This document shows, in pieces, positions 48,881-60,710 of a stretch of DNA of 64,000 nucleotides. The position numbers and the translations under genes are program-made. The notes beneath the pieces were generated by a model that made no database searches, was not told the DNA's origin, and saw nothing but the letters and a program-made list of their open reading frames with translations. The stretch comes from Hypanus sabinus (lineage: Eukaryota). Positions within the stretch are counted from its first letter, which is position 1. Each line of letters opens with the position of its first letter. The DNA lies in contig NC_082714.1 in NCBI RefSeq assembly GCF_030144855.1, forward strand, positions 45,260,001 through 45,324,000, given 5' to 3'.

Positions 48881-49389
48881 ACTCTTATTCCAGGTGAAGT
48901 CATCCTGTGAGCAAAGTGGCCTGGTTTTCTTCCTTGCAATAGATATTGGAACATTTGTATGAAAATTACAACTTCTGTTAGAAATTCATAGTAGAAGCAT
49001 ATTGTATTACCTTGTTGCATTTATGTCTGCTGACATCAAAGAGATGTGACTGGACAATTTCAGAGCCAACTGCAGACTTCCAAAAAGAAAGATTCTGTTT
49101 AAGCTAATCAGGAATGCTGTCGTTTCATTTCAGAACTGTCTCAGTTGTGACACTATTGATAACAATCCATTAACAACTCAAGTGAGATCAGTAGAAATGC
49201 CAGCAGCTGCCATCTCATATCATTTGTCTCCATAATTAATAAATACCTTATTGCACTAAATGAGAATGCTTTTAAACCATGCTGTTCCTCTCAGAGTTCA
49301 TTAAGCAAACTGGACCATTGATGGAACTCATAACATATGTAGCCAAAATTTCCTGTCTACATTCAATTTCAGTTCCTATCTTAATAATT

Positions 49390-49601
49390 GTGTTACAACA
49401 CACACAAAATGCTAGTAGAACACAGCAGGCTAGGAAGCATCTATAGGGCGAAGCGCTGTCGACGTTTCAGGCCAAGACCCTTCGTCAGTACTCACCATTT
49501 GCGCTTCTCCCTATAGATGCTACCTGGCCTGCTGCGTTCCACCAGCATTTTGTGTATGTTGCTAGAATTTCCAGCATCTGCAGATTTCCTCATGTTTGCT
49601 G
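49390..49601. mobile_element. 212-bp Penelope-derived fold-back insertion enclosing a hammerhead core
   Basis: About 60-bp inverted arms (49397-49456 and 49501-49561); 10-bp TSD CTTAATAATT (49380-49389, 49602-49611). Confidence 0.82.
49456..49490 (-). ncRNA. Minimal type I hammerhead ribozyme motif, catalytic core intact
   Basis: UA-CUGACGA-AGG-GUCUUGG-CCU-GAAA-C-GUC-GACAG, with palindromic ACGU in place of stem III; stem I is weakened. Confidence 0.7.
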
Positions 49602-49943
49602 CTTAATAATTTTGTTCTTCATTTTCAAAGTTTTCTCTTCTATTCGAGCTGAATTAGTTATCAAGAATTTCACCCCGGTTATTAGTTAAATGTGGCAACA
49701 CATACTACTTTAAGTTTTGAAAATTGCAACATAAAGCACAGTGTTAATCTCTTTTATGTAGCTCAACGTGCACAGCTATTTGGGAATGAACTTGTATTTC
49801 TTTGTTGCTAGGAAGAAGTTTCCATTGGATCACAATGAAATTGGCAAAGAAAGAAATTTTAACCCTATTGAGCCTGTTATTTCTTTCCAGTTTCATTTTG
49901 GAAACTATTAAATTTGCATTAATTGTCCTCTTTTTTTCATTAT

Positions 49944-50304
49944 GTTCATTATGTGCCATGTCGTATGACACGGGCGGTCATGGTCTTTCCATGACTATGA
50001 CAGTTCTTGCCCAACTATTTCTATAGAAGGCTTTTAACATTGTCTTCTTCTGGGTGTTGGGTGACCCCAGCCATTACCAAAACTCTTTAGAGATTACCTG
50101 GTGTCAGTGGTCGCCTAACCAGGAATTGTGATGTGCACCAGCCGCTCCCCATGGCTTCATGTGATCCTGATTGAAGGCTAAGGGGTGGGGGGGGGGGGGC
50201 GCTAAGCTGGTGCTACACCTTGCCCAAGGGTGACCTGCAGGCAAGCAGAGGGAAGGAACATTTTACACCTCCTTTGATAGAGGCATGTCTTAACCCTGCC
50301 ACCC
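49944..50304 (-). mobile_element. SINE-like element with RTE/Bov-A-like 3' portion
   Basis: Reverse complement starts GGGTGGCAGGG and ends 'gaagaagacaatg...gtcatggaaagaccatgaccgcccgtgtcatacgacatggcacataatgaa'. Family assignment is from recall only. Confidence 0.5.
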
Positions 50305-50749
50305 TATCAATTGCCCTATTAGAGCATTTTAGATACTTACTATGCACTTTGGAATTTTCCTCATTTCCTTCTCACTTTTAATTCTTACTTCAAATCAGCA
50401 CCATTTGGTTAATGTATCCAATGACATTGGTAAGCTTATCAGAACTTGAAAAGCCCAATCAGTCAATCCCGTTTCTCTGTACACTGAGGAGAACACCTGT
50501 TTCCTTCATCGTTCCCTGACTGAGTCTCTCATCTCCTGAACCAATTGAACATTCAATTAAAGCTTTGGCACTCAAAATCTAAATTCCAACTCAGCAGTGA
50601 CTAGAATTTTTATTTCATGTTTAACATAGTAAGCTATCTCAAGGCATTTCACAACAGTCTTATTGAACAAATATTGCTACTAATTCACAAAAGTTTTTAG
50701 GATAGATGACTAAAGCTTCAGGACCAGGCAGAGACAGGCTGGAACATCT

Positions 50750-51030
50750 GGGTAATACTGTGGAACAGCCTCTGGAGCTGCTGCCTCACAGTTCCAGTTT
50801 CTCAATCCTGACCTCTGGTATCATCCACATCCTCCTTTTGACCGTATGAACTTCCTCTAGTTTCATCCCAGTTCCAAAAATGTGGCATTGTAATTGTCCC
50901 CAGTATTCAGGTGAGCTGCAGAACCTAGGGGGAGCTCACTGGAAAGTGGAGCAAATAAAACAGTTTAGAGTAAGATTAGTGTAAAAATAATGCTTGATGG
51001 TTGGCCAGCCTGTTGCCTGAAGGATTTGTT
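50750..51030 (+). mobile_element. Degenerate V-SINE
   Basis: 'ggagctgctgcctcacagttccag...tcaatcctgacctctggt...cattgtaattgtcccc'. Confidence 0.6.
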
Positions 51031-52378
51031 TTCCTTATGAAATTTTGCTAGGCTTCAATGAAAGAGAATTTCAATTGGAGAATTACTTAGCTATTACATG
51101 ATTCTTGTCACAAAATGAGCTGGCAGTATTGGAACCCACATGTCAAGTAAATACAGACTTAGATGTAGAGACGGTGACTAGAGTTTAGTCATAATAATTC
51201 CAAATGAAAATTGGTGTCGTGGCTGAGAGTTATCACAAGCAGTAACATTCTCAAAACTAGGACCCCTTGGTTAGAGCTAATCTGGCGTCTGCTTAAATAA
51301 TACAAGTAACATGAAATCCCAGAGCCTATTAAAATAAACTTGACAAGCTGAAACAGAAAACACCAGGAATCCATATTACAAAGAGTGAATCACTCAAGAG
51401 GAAAACACAAGGAACTCTAAATCATTAACAACTTTCATTAAACAACAATTAATGAATTCAGGTGTTCTAAAAGCCCAACATTCACTGCTGCCCTGCACAG
51501 GACCAAAGAGCTCCTTACATTTCTGGAGATTATTGAATTCGAAGGATTTCAATAAACAGACAAAACTTATGAAGTGTTTATTTCCTGGGCACATAATTGT
51601 TGGGGCACATAGAAGAGGTACAATTATTTAATATTAGTTAGGGTAAGGGCAGCAGAGTTAAAAAATAAAGAATAATTAACAATATTGTAAGTCAAGGATG
51701 ACCAAAAGACCAATGGATAACCTAAAGACAACAACAGCAGGGTTGAAGTTTTCAAAGGTAGATGAGTTGAGATGGCAGATGAGATGAAATAAGGTTACAG
51801 AAGTACAAGAAGCCAGTCATGGTGATGAAAAGAATTGTGTATCTGAAGCTAAAATAATTACTTTAATTAGGATGATAAGATTACAAACGATCTAGATTCT
51901 GAGAGTCAGGGGAGTTGGTAGCCAAGCAACAGAGTGAAACTCCATTTGATGTAAGGAACACCTGGTCAATGCAACTAAGTGCTAATAAGTGAGTCCAATC
52001 CAGCAGTCTCTATTATACAGATAATATTAATGACCAAACATGGGTTTCTTATCCTCCTTTCAGAAAATAGTTGATCAATATCAATTACATACTTTTCGTC
52101 TATTTTCTATTGTGCCGTTGTGTAAGGAACACATGACTGAAACAGGGCTAAGTTTTCCTATTATATAACTTGATGTTTGAAGGCAGTTCAATGTTTCTTG
52201 GGATAAGACCTTTTTTGGTTCAGGTGAAGTAGTGATACTTTTTGAAAGCTCCTGTGGAAACACTGCAATGACAAACATAAGTGATCAGCAGCTTCACTTT
52301 TAATCCATTGTTGACTCTGAAGGGAATGCAACAAGTCCACGAATTCTAGTGTTAATTTCATCCCATGCTGGACTTGGT

Positions 52379-52522
52379 TGGATTGTTCTTTGTCAGGGAC
52401 CTCACCCTCGACCTTACTGCCATGGGTGACCCTACAATGAGCATAGCTCCAGACGGCATTGCTCTCGGGATCTCAGGACCACACAAGCTTCTCCACCATG
52501 ACAAGGTGACAATCCATGGAGA
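52379..52522 (-). ncRNA. HDV-like self-cleaving ribozyme fold (RTE 5' end, inverted)
   Basis: Minus strand: P1 UCUCC/GGAGA, P2 UGGAUUGU/ACAAUCCA (8 bp), P3 ACC/GGU, 7-nt L3 UUGUCAU, J4/2 CAAA with candidate catalytic C at 52392, in HDV order. P4 not resolved by eye. Confidence 0.65.
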
Positions 52523-54050
52523 TGGAACAGGTGGACGAAGTTACTTTGAATTCAACGGCTGTGAAGGCGGATGAAGGCTGCAACAAATCCATCAGCTCCG
52601 ATCGTCGTGGTTTCTATGTCATTGGAACCAGTTGGTTGATTTGTGAAGTAACGTGTGCTTCTTGGAGTGCAATATCAAGTACACGTTAAACAAATACATG
52701 CACAGGCGTCTTTGCTCTGTGGGCCACATCCTGAAGTCTTTTGGCGATCGGGGGAGGACGATGGGAGCAGGCAATGTGATGGCTGGAAGCTCCTAGTCAA
52801 GAACCAGCACGAAAGTGGTGAATACTTGATACAGTCGCTCAACTTTTGTACAGGAGCAGGGAAGTTGTTCGGTCGCAGTATTCACGTCTGAGCAGCCCTA
52901 CTTAGGATCCATCTGCTCACCCTGAACTGGGGGGTGGGGGGTGCTAGAAAAGGTGCCATAAAAATAGTCTGCTTCACCCCATCCTGTCTGGAAAGCCGCT
53001 TCCAGAGGGATCACCATAATGCAGTTGAAAAACATCGAGAAGCAAAACTGTGAAATCTGGAACCTGGAATACACGGACTCTGATGGATAACCCAAACTCA
53101 GACCGACCAGAGTGGAGAACTGCCTTTGTTGCCCAGGCACTCCAAAAATTCAACTTTGGCATTGTTGCTCTGAGTGGGACCCGCAGAGCTGTAGGAGGTC
53201 AACTAAAGGAAGAGCAAGGTCAATACACCTTTTTCTGGAAAGGACTCGATCCTGAACAAACGAGGATCCATGGAGTAGGTTTTGCCACCTGAAACAGCCT
53301 ACTTCAGAAGCTGACAAAGCAACCACTGGGAATCAATGAACATCATATGACTCTATGAATCCTGCTCATCAAGAACCAACATGCCTATGCTCCAAATCTG
53401 GATGCTGAAGATGAAGTAAAGATGAACTTCTACACCCAACTTGATGACGTCCTTTCCTCTGTTTCCAACAACGAGAAGATCATTCACTTGGGAGACTTCA
53501 GTGCCAGAGTCGGGAAAGATCATAGGCTCTGAACTGGAATAATAAGCAAGGAAGAAGTTGGCAAGGTCAACGCCAATGGAACACTCCACCTCACCCAATG
53601 TGCTGAACACAACCTGGTGATTATAAACACCCTATTTCACCAGAAAAACAGGCACAAAGTCTCCTGGCAGCATCCACGCTCCAAACACTGGCACCTCATC
53701 GACTACATCATCGTATGATCTTGGGACCAACAAGATATACTGATAAGAAGAGCTGTTACTGGCGCCAACGAGTGCAGGATAGACCATCGACTCATCTCAT
53801 CCACCATGAGAATGAAGATTTGGCCCAAAAGGAAACATCAAAATCAGAACACTATTAAGAAATTCAATGTTGACGTCCTTCAAGACATCAACCATGTACA
53901 GAAGTTCCAACGAAATCTTCAAGAACAACTGGCTCAACAAATCTCCCATCTGTATAAGAACACTGTAATCAATTGAAGAACAGTATCATCACCTCCTGCA
54001 AAGAAACAATTCGGTTCAAGATGAAAAAACATCAGGATTGGTTCGATGAT

Positions 54051-55586
54051 CCAAGATCCAAGATGGCGGCATGACGCAGCTTGCAGTATTGGAGTATAAA
54101 AATATTATGGAGTATAAAACTTGTATTACTTGCTGTGTAACCAAAACTATGTAGTCAGTTTGTTATGCATGTACCCAAGATGAAATGCTAGGAATGTAGA
54201 ATGCTGTGTTGATATATGTTAATGAGAGGTAGCTAAGAGATGTAGTCAGCTTTGAAGTTTGCTATTTGCTATGCATGTATTCAATTGAATGTAGAAGACA
54301 ATGGTGTGGTAATGAGAGGTAGCTAAGAGATGTTTTGCTTTGAACTTGTTTGCTGTGTAACCAAAACTATGTAGTCAGCCTTGATGTAGATTATGTAGTT
54401 TGAACTTGCTATTTGCTATGCATGTACCCAATTTAGTAGGAGAATGAAATCTTAAGAATGTAGAAGACAATGGTGTGTTGGTGAGAGACAGCTGGGAGAT
54501 GTGGATTGGAACATGATTAAGTCAATGGGACGTACGTGTGAAACTGGACCAGGATTTTGCTATAAAAAATGCCGTGTCCGAGGATTGGTGGGTAATCAGC
54601 GACTAGCTCACTGACTGTCTCAGCTTTGATTTGCAAATTAAAGTTTAACCCTTCTTGAAGAATCTTCTGCGTCTCCTGGTCATTTGTGAGGCACGAAAAA
54701 CCACAACAGCAGCAGCCACTCCAGAGCTGATTATCTGTTATTTGTGAAGTGGGGTGCCGTGCGCCATCTTAATCGATTGAAAACAGACGTGGGAGCACAG
54801 AGGAACATCGGGAAATCTCCAGGAAGATCTTTGTTGCTGCTGCTGCTGTGAGGTCCGGGACTCTGCTGGGAAGAACAGACCCCCAGTCCTCGGGGTTGCG
54901 TTGCCGTTGGCAATTGGCAGGGCCGTCTTAATACGCTCGGCAGAGGATGATGCTCAGAGAAGCTGTGCCGGAGGGGATGGTCGTCTTCTCAGAGGTTCGA
55001 CGGACTCGGAGTCCGCTGCTGTCATGTCGCTTTTGGTGTGTGCTGCGTCTGCGAGGCTGGGTTCAACTGAGCTTTCATTGTGTGCTGCGTCTGCAAGGCT
55101 GAATCGAGCCGTGCTGTGGAAATCCATAGTGGGGGTACTCCCTTCTCTCACCGGTTTGGGATGGCAAGTCTGTCGGTACCCTGGGGACTTGTGGAAACTG
55201 TGGTGATTTCTTTTGAACTTATAGTCCTTTAACATCTTTGGACTATTTTTACTGCGCCCATGGTCTGTTTTTTATCAATTATGCTACTGTTGTAACTATA
55301 TGTTGTAACTATGTGGTTTTGTGCAGGTCTTGTAGCTTTAGTTTTTGGTCTTGTTTTGTTTGGTGGATTTGGAGCTCCTTTCCGCGAAACGCACTAAGAC
55401 GGTAGCGCGATATTAATATGCAGCAGCCTCTCTGGACTCTGGATTGGGGATTGCCAAACATTATGTGGATTTTCTGGTGTAGTCTGTTTTGTCATATGCT
55501 TTTGTGATATCATTCTGGAGGAACGTTGTCTTATTTTTTAACTGCGTTGCATTTGTGGTTTCTAAATGACAATAAACTGAATCTGA
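54051..55586 (+). mobile_element. Non-autonomous retroposon copy 2 (same family as 3325-4245), nested in the RTE and split by a solo LTR
   Basis: Head CCAAGATCCAAGATGGCGGC, tail AATAAActgaatctga, TSD ATGAT (54046-54050, 55587-55591). Confidence 0.88.
54087..54708 (+). mobile_element. Solo LTR (622 bp), 4-bp TSD
   Basis: TATTG (mutated TGTTG)...CAACA termini, TSD GCAG (54083-54086, 54709-54712), TATAAAA at 54561, ATTAAA near 54637, and shuffled 20-30-bp direct repeats in U3. Absent from the sibling copy at 3361. Confidence 0.88.
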
Positions 55587-58500
55587 ATGATAACGACAAA
55601 CTATTCCAACAACTCATCGACGAAAAGAGAAAAGCTTTCATCATCTTACAAAATGAGCAAAAATCAGCTACCAAAAGAAAATGCTATCAGGAATGCAAGG
55701 CTACAGTCCAGAAGAGCACCAGAAACCTGAAAACCCGATGGTGGAGGAAGTAAGCTCAGGAAATCCAACAACTAGCGGATGCCAACCACACTCGAGGCTT
55801 TTTCAAAGCAACAAAAGCTATTTTTGGCCCATCCACTCACAGTCAAGCCCCTCTCAAAAGCAAAGATGGTTCAACCATCCTGAAGAGCAATGCTGACATC
55901 AATTCTAGATGGAGGGAGCACTTTGAAGATCTTCTAAGTCAAACCATCTCATTTGACAAGAATGTGATCAACAACATTCTGAAGCAGCCCATTGACGACT
56001 CCCTAAGCAAAATACCAACACCTGAAGAAGTCGAGGAAGCCTTCAAAACCTTTACAAACCACAAGGCCATTGGACTCGATGGAATACCAGCCGAAGTCTG
56101 CAAAATTGGGGGTAACCTGCTTCAGTACCAACTGCATCAACTTCTTATCAAGATCTGGATAAATGAAGATGTACCAGCAGATTTTAGAGACACAGCAATT
56201 ATTACTATCTACAAAAGGAAAGGCGATCGATCCGAATGCCGACACTATCGTGGAATTTCCCTGTTAGCAACAGCAGGAAAGATCCTCACTTACGTTATTA
56301 ACAACAGGCTCAAGCCTTTAGCCGAGAAGATCTTTCTGGAGACACAAGCCGGTTTTAGACCATTACATGGAGTAATCAACATGATCTTCATAATGCGACA
56401 ACTAACAAGAAAAACATTGTGGACAGCTTCAACCTTTGTACATGGCACTCATCGACCTGACCAAAGCCTTTGACTCAGTATCAAGGGAACTCCTATGGGA
56501 TGTCCTATCCACCTATGGATGCCCTGAAAAGTACATTCGAATCCTGAGACTCCGCCACGATGGCATGCTTGCTACAATCATGGTCAGCAATAGTAACTGT
56601 GAGCCTTGTCAAGTCAGATCAGGAGTAAAACATGGATGCGTGATTACCCCAACTTTGTTCACCATCTTCATTGCGAGAATCATCCACGTCATCAAGGACG
56701 ACCTACCCCCAGAAATCAAAACTGTCTACAGAATAGATGGCAGACTTTTCAACCTTGCCCGTCTCAAGTCCAAAAACAAAACACCCACAAGTTCCCTTAT
56801 CGAGTTTCAATACGCAGATGACAACAGTGTTGCAGCTCTCTCAGAAAACCACCTACAACAGATTCTGACTGCCTTCAACCATGCATACACGAAACTTGGA
56901 CTTACCATCAATTCCAAGAAGACTCAGATCATCTAGCAACCATCACCAACTGAGACAAATTGTATAGAACCATCAATTCAACTTGGCAAAATAACCCTGG
57001 AAAATGTGGACCACTTTATATCTTGGAAGTCACCTCTCCTCCAATGTTGACCTTAATGATGAGATCCAACATTGTCTTAAATGAGCTGGAACAGCTTTTG
57101 GACATCTCTGAACAACAGTCTGTCATGATCGTGACATCCAAACAGACACCAAAATGTTAGTGTACAAAGTAGTGGTAATCCCAGCGCTCCTGTTTGCATC
57201 AGAAACCTGGACAACATACCAATGACATCTGAAGGCACTTGAAAAGCTCCATCAACGCTGTCTTCGAAACATCTTACATATCAGCCGGGAAGATAGAAAA
57301 AGCAATGTCAGCTTGCTATATGAAGCAAAAACAACGGGCATTGAAGCCTACATCATCAAGAATCAACTAAGGTGGAGCGGTCATGTTGTTCGGATGAAAG
57401 ACGAACATCTGCTGAAACAAATCTACTCCCAGCTTAAAGAATGCAAACGTAAAAGAGGCGGACAACAGAAGAGATTCAAAGATGTCTTAAAAGCCAACAT
57501 GAAGAAATGTAACATTGACATCAGCAATTGGGAAACCAATGCCAAGGACAGGGAACACTGGCAAACCATCATCCGAGAAGGAACAGCAACTTTCGAAGCC
57601 AACGGATGTGCAGAATTAGAAGAGAAGAGAAGAAAATGGAAAGAGAGACAGCAACAACCAAAGCCCGATCTGCCATCTGGAACTACCTGTCCTGAATGTA
57701 GAAGAACTTTCAAAGCCAAGATTAGACTCATAAGCCACTTGAGAACCCATAAATAGATCATCGGAACGAAACCCATCATCCTCGATCTTGAGGGACAGCC
57801 ACGAAAATGCTGGTGAAATGGCATTTTAGAGTATTTTTGCTCAGTAACACAAAAAGTTATGTAGTTAGTCAAAAAAAGATTGTATTATATTATTCAGCAA
57901 AAAAAGTTGTTACATTTCGCAGTACTTACAATATATATAAAAAAGGCTAGACTATCTCTCCAACAAGTAACTTTTGCAACCGAGTTATCATTCAGGGATC
58001 TATTTTATTCTTTTCCAAGTGGACAGTAGCAAAGGAAAATTCTGTTTTGGTCTTTATTTCTTTCACTCACTGCTCCCAAAGCACTATTTCTTAATTACAT
58101 TTTAAGACTTTAAGCTGTTGCTCAAATCACGTGTTTCCTCAAACTAAAAGCTATTTGCTACCAAGGGATATAATTATCTAGAAATAAAACTAATGTTAAA
58201 ATAGTGCAGAGTGGATGATAACTCCCTGAAGAAATTCAAGAAATTGTCTGAAAGCAATTTGAAAATATGTTAGAATGGTTTACATCCAGAAACACCTGCT
58301 AAATCACAGCGCACAGCTTCTAACAAGTTCTCAGCCCTTAAAGGCACAGTCCTCACGGCAGCAAAACAATATATTGTCTGCAATGGAGCTGGGTTATACT
58401 GTTGAGCAAGAGGGCAAGAGGGGAAAAGGGGGAAGTCAGTGAGGGAGAGGTGTCATCCAGCAATGAGAATAACCACATTATGGAAAAATATTGAAACAAA

Positions 58501-58639
58501 TTACAGTATTTTATAGAATTACAAGATCACATCTTCCCTTCACCTAATGTTGACATTGCAACCCATTCCACCATTTGCACTGAGATCCAGTAGATAGAGG
58601 GACAATAATGAAAAAAGTTCTTGTTACCCTTTATCTCCC

Positions 58640-58945
58640 TTATAGCAACATCTGAAGTATTGTGTGTAGTATTGGCTCCTTATTTAAGAAAGAATGTTTA
58701 TGCATTAGAAACAGTTCAGGTCAAGATTACAAGACAATATTTGGAATGGGTGGGTTGCGTTATAAGGAAGGGTTGATCAGACTCAGCTTGTGTCTGCTGC
58801 AATTTAGAACCATGAGAGGCAGCCTGAATTAAAGATTGAGGAACCTCAGAGTAGATGTATTGAAGTGGATGTTTCCTCTTTTGGGAGAATCTCGAATCAC
58901 TAAGAGAATGTAATTTAAGACAGTGTGAAAGAGAATTTCTCAGGT
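58640..58945 (+). mobile_element. Degenerate CR1 fragment
   Basis: 'catctgaagtattgtgtgtagtattggctccttatttaagaaaga...gcattagaaacagttcag' (HLEYCVQFW.PYLRK-like). Confidence 0.65.
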
Positions 58946-59241
58946 CTGAAGTTGGAAGACAATGCCCGAAATTGCCTGTGGCGTCCTGGCCAATTCTGAG
59001 TCAATCATGGTGGCCATGGCCCAAACCATATTACTGGTAATGATTACTCATTGTTGTAGAGTGAAGGCTGGCCTAATGCTCGCTTCATGAAGCAAACTAG
59101 CAACACAAACACCCAGTACATGCACCCTGAATATTTAACAATTACCAATTTCTGTACTGTGGTAAATGTTATCTGCTTGTTTAGGGACACGCATTAGCCT
59201 CAGGAAACAGAACAGAGCTTACAAATATTATTGTAACTATA

Positions 59242-59473
59242 CAGTGGCATGTAAAAGTTTGGGCACCCAGGTCAGAATTTCTGTAACTGTGAATAGCTAA
59301 GCGTTTAAAAGATGATCTGATTTCCAAAAGGCATAAAGTTAAAGATGACACATTTCTTTAATATCTTAAGCAAGATTACTTTTTTATTTCCATCTATTAC
59401 AGTTTCAAAATAACAAAAAAGGAACAGTAACAGAGATTTTGACCAGGGGTGCCCAACCTTTTGAATGCCACTG
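59242..59473. mobile_element. Tc1/mariner-derived MITE (232 bp)
   Basis: TIRs CAGTGGCATGTAAAAGTTTGGGCACCC / GGGTGCCCAACCTTTTGAATGCCACTG extending to about 50 bp; TA on both sides. Confidence 0.92.
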
Positions 59474-59959
59474 TATATTAAAAATACGAGCTACCAGTAC
59501 AAGTTACAGCAGCCAGATTTATAGATATCTATTTGTTCGATGGGTGCCATTCTTAATGTCAGAGTAACCACAGCAATGACCCAGTTTTTCTAAGCTTAGA
59601 TTACACATATTCAAGCTAGTATTTCAATACCATAATAAGCATAGAAGAGAGCCAAGCACAATGCAAAATGTTTCACAATCACAGTTGCAGGCTCTGGAAA
59701 ATCTTCAAGTGGATATGGTTTGAAAGTCTACAAAAATAATCTCAAATGATATTGCAATAAGTGAGCAAAATTGATTATTAGTCCCAAAACAACTAATAAA
59801 ATCGGCAATGAAAAGAAGTCAATTTTGTATTCAGCTAAAAAGTTTACAAATTATAAATTTTAAGAAATAAAGTTTCAACGTTTTGTGTCTCGACCTTCTA
59901 TTTCCAAGTGCTGCCTGACCTGTTGAATTCCTCAGTTTGTTTTACCACTAGAAAGGTAA

Positions 59960-60710
59960 ACAAGCACAAGAGATTCTGCATATGCTGGAAATCCAGAGCA
60001 ATACACATAAAATGCTGGATAGAACTTAGGTGCTTGACAAAGTGGTTCCCCAATCAATGCTTGGTCTCACCAATGTAGAGGAGGCTGCATCAGGAGTATT
60101 GGATACAGTAGGCAACCCCAACAGCTTTGCAGGTGAAGTCTGGCCTCATCTGAAAGGACTGTTTGGGGTCCTGACTAGAAGTGAGGGGTGAGGTGAATGG
60201 GCAGGTGTAGCACTGCTGCCACTTGCAGGGATAAGTGCCAGGAGGAAGATTAGTGGGGAGGGACAAATAACCAAGGGAATTATGGAGGAAGTGATCCCTG
60301 TGGAAAGTGGAAGATGGGAGTGGCGGGAGGGAGAAGGTAAAGATGTGTTTGGTAGTAAGGTCCTGTTGAAGATGGGGGAACTTGCGGAGAATGATACACT
60401 GGATGCAAAGGCTCATGGGGTGGTAGGTGAGGACAAGAGGAACTCTATCCCTGTTAAGGTGGCCGGAAGATGGGGTGAGCACGGATGTCTGGGAAATGGA
60501 GCAGATGTGGATGAGGGCATCATCAATGTTGAGGAAGGGAAACCTTCTTCTTGAAGAAGGAGGCCACCGCTGATGTCCTGGAAAGGAAACCCTCATCCTG
60601 AGAACAGAATGGGCAGAGACAAGGGAACTGAGAAAAGGGGATAGTATTTTTACAGGAGACAGAGAAGGGGAAGAGTTATAGACAAGATAGCCATGAGAAT
60701 TGATGAGTTT
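59960..60710 (-). mobile_element. Penelope-like element fragment, internally deleted
   Basis: ORF 60090-60776 RVPLVLTYHP...PGTYPC...CYTCP...FTCKAVGVAYCI; terminal repeat at 59960-60030. Confidence 0.85.

Larger units (their letters stand above)
53050..57756 (+). pseudogene. RTE ORF (APE endonuclease, RT, C-terminal C2H2 finger), disrupted
   Basis: GTWNTRTL, LGDFSAR, IDYII, DHRLI; KA.GLDGIPAE, YRGISLL, QAGFRP, IDLTKAFDSV, GVKHGC, FQYADD; CPECRRTFKAKIRLISHLRTH. Many stops and frameshifts; DWFDD|ND is split by the insertion at 54051. Confidence 0.92.
52372..57806 (+). mobile_element. Full-length degraded RTE-clade (BovB-like) LINE with inverted 5' end and a nested insertion
   Basis: 7-bp TSD ATGCTGG (52365-52371, 57807-57813); single EN-RT ORF remnant; short 3' UTR 'catcatcctcgatcttgagggacagccacg'. 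Confidence 0.93.

Noticed and set aside
50215-50304. HDV-like ribozyme in the SINE head (GGGUGGC/GUCACCC pairing)
   Set aside because: A P1-like helix exists, but I could not place a 7-nt L3, P2 and J4/2 in the right order.
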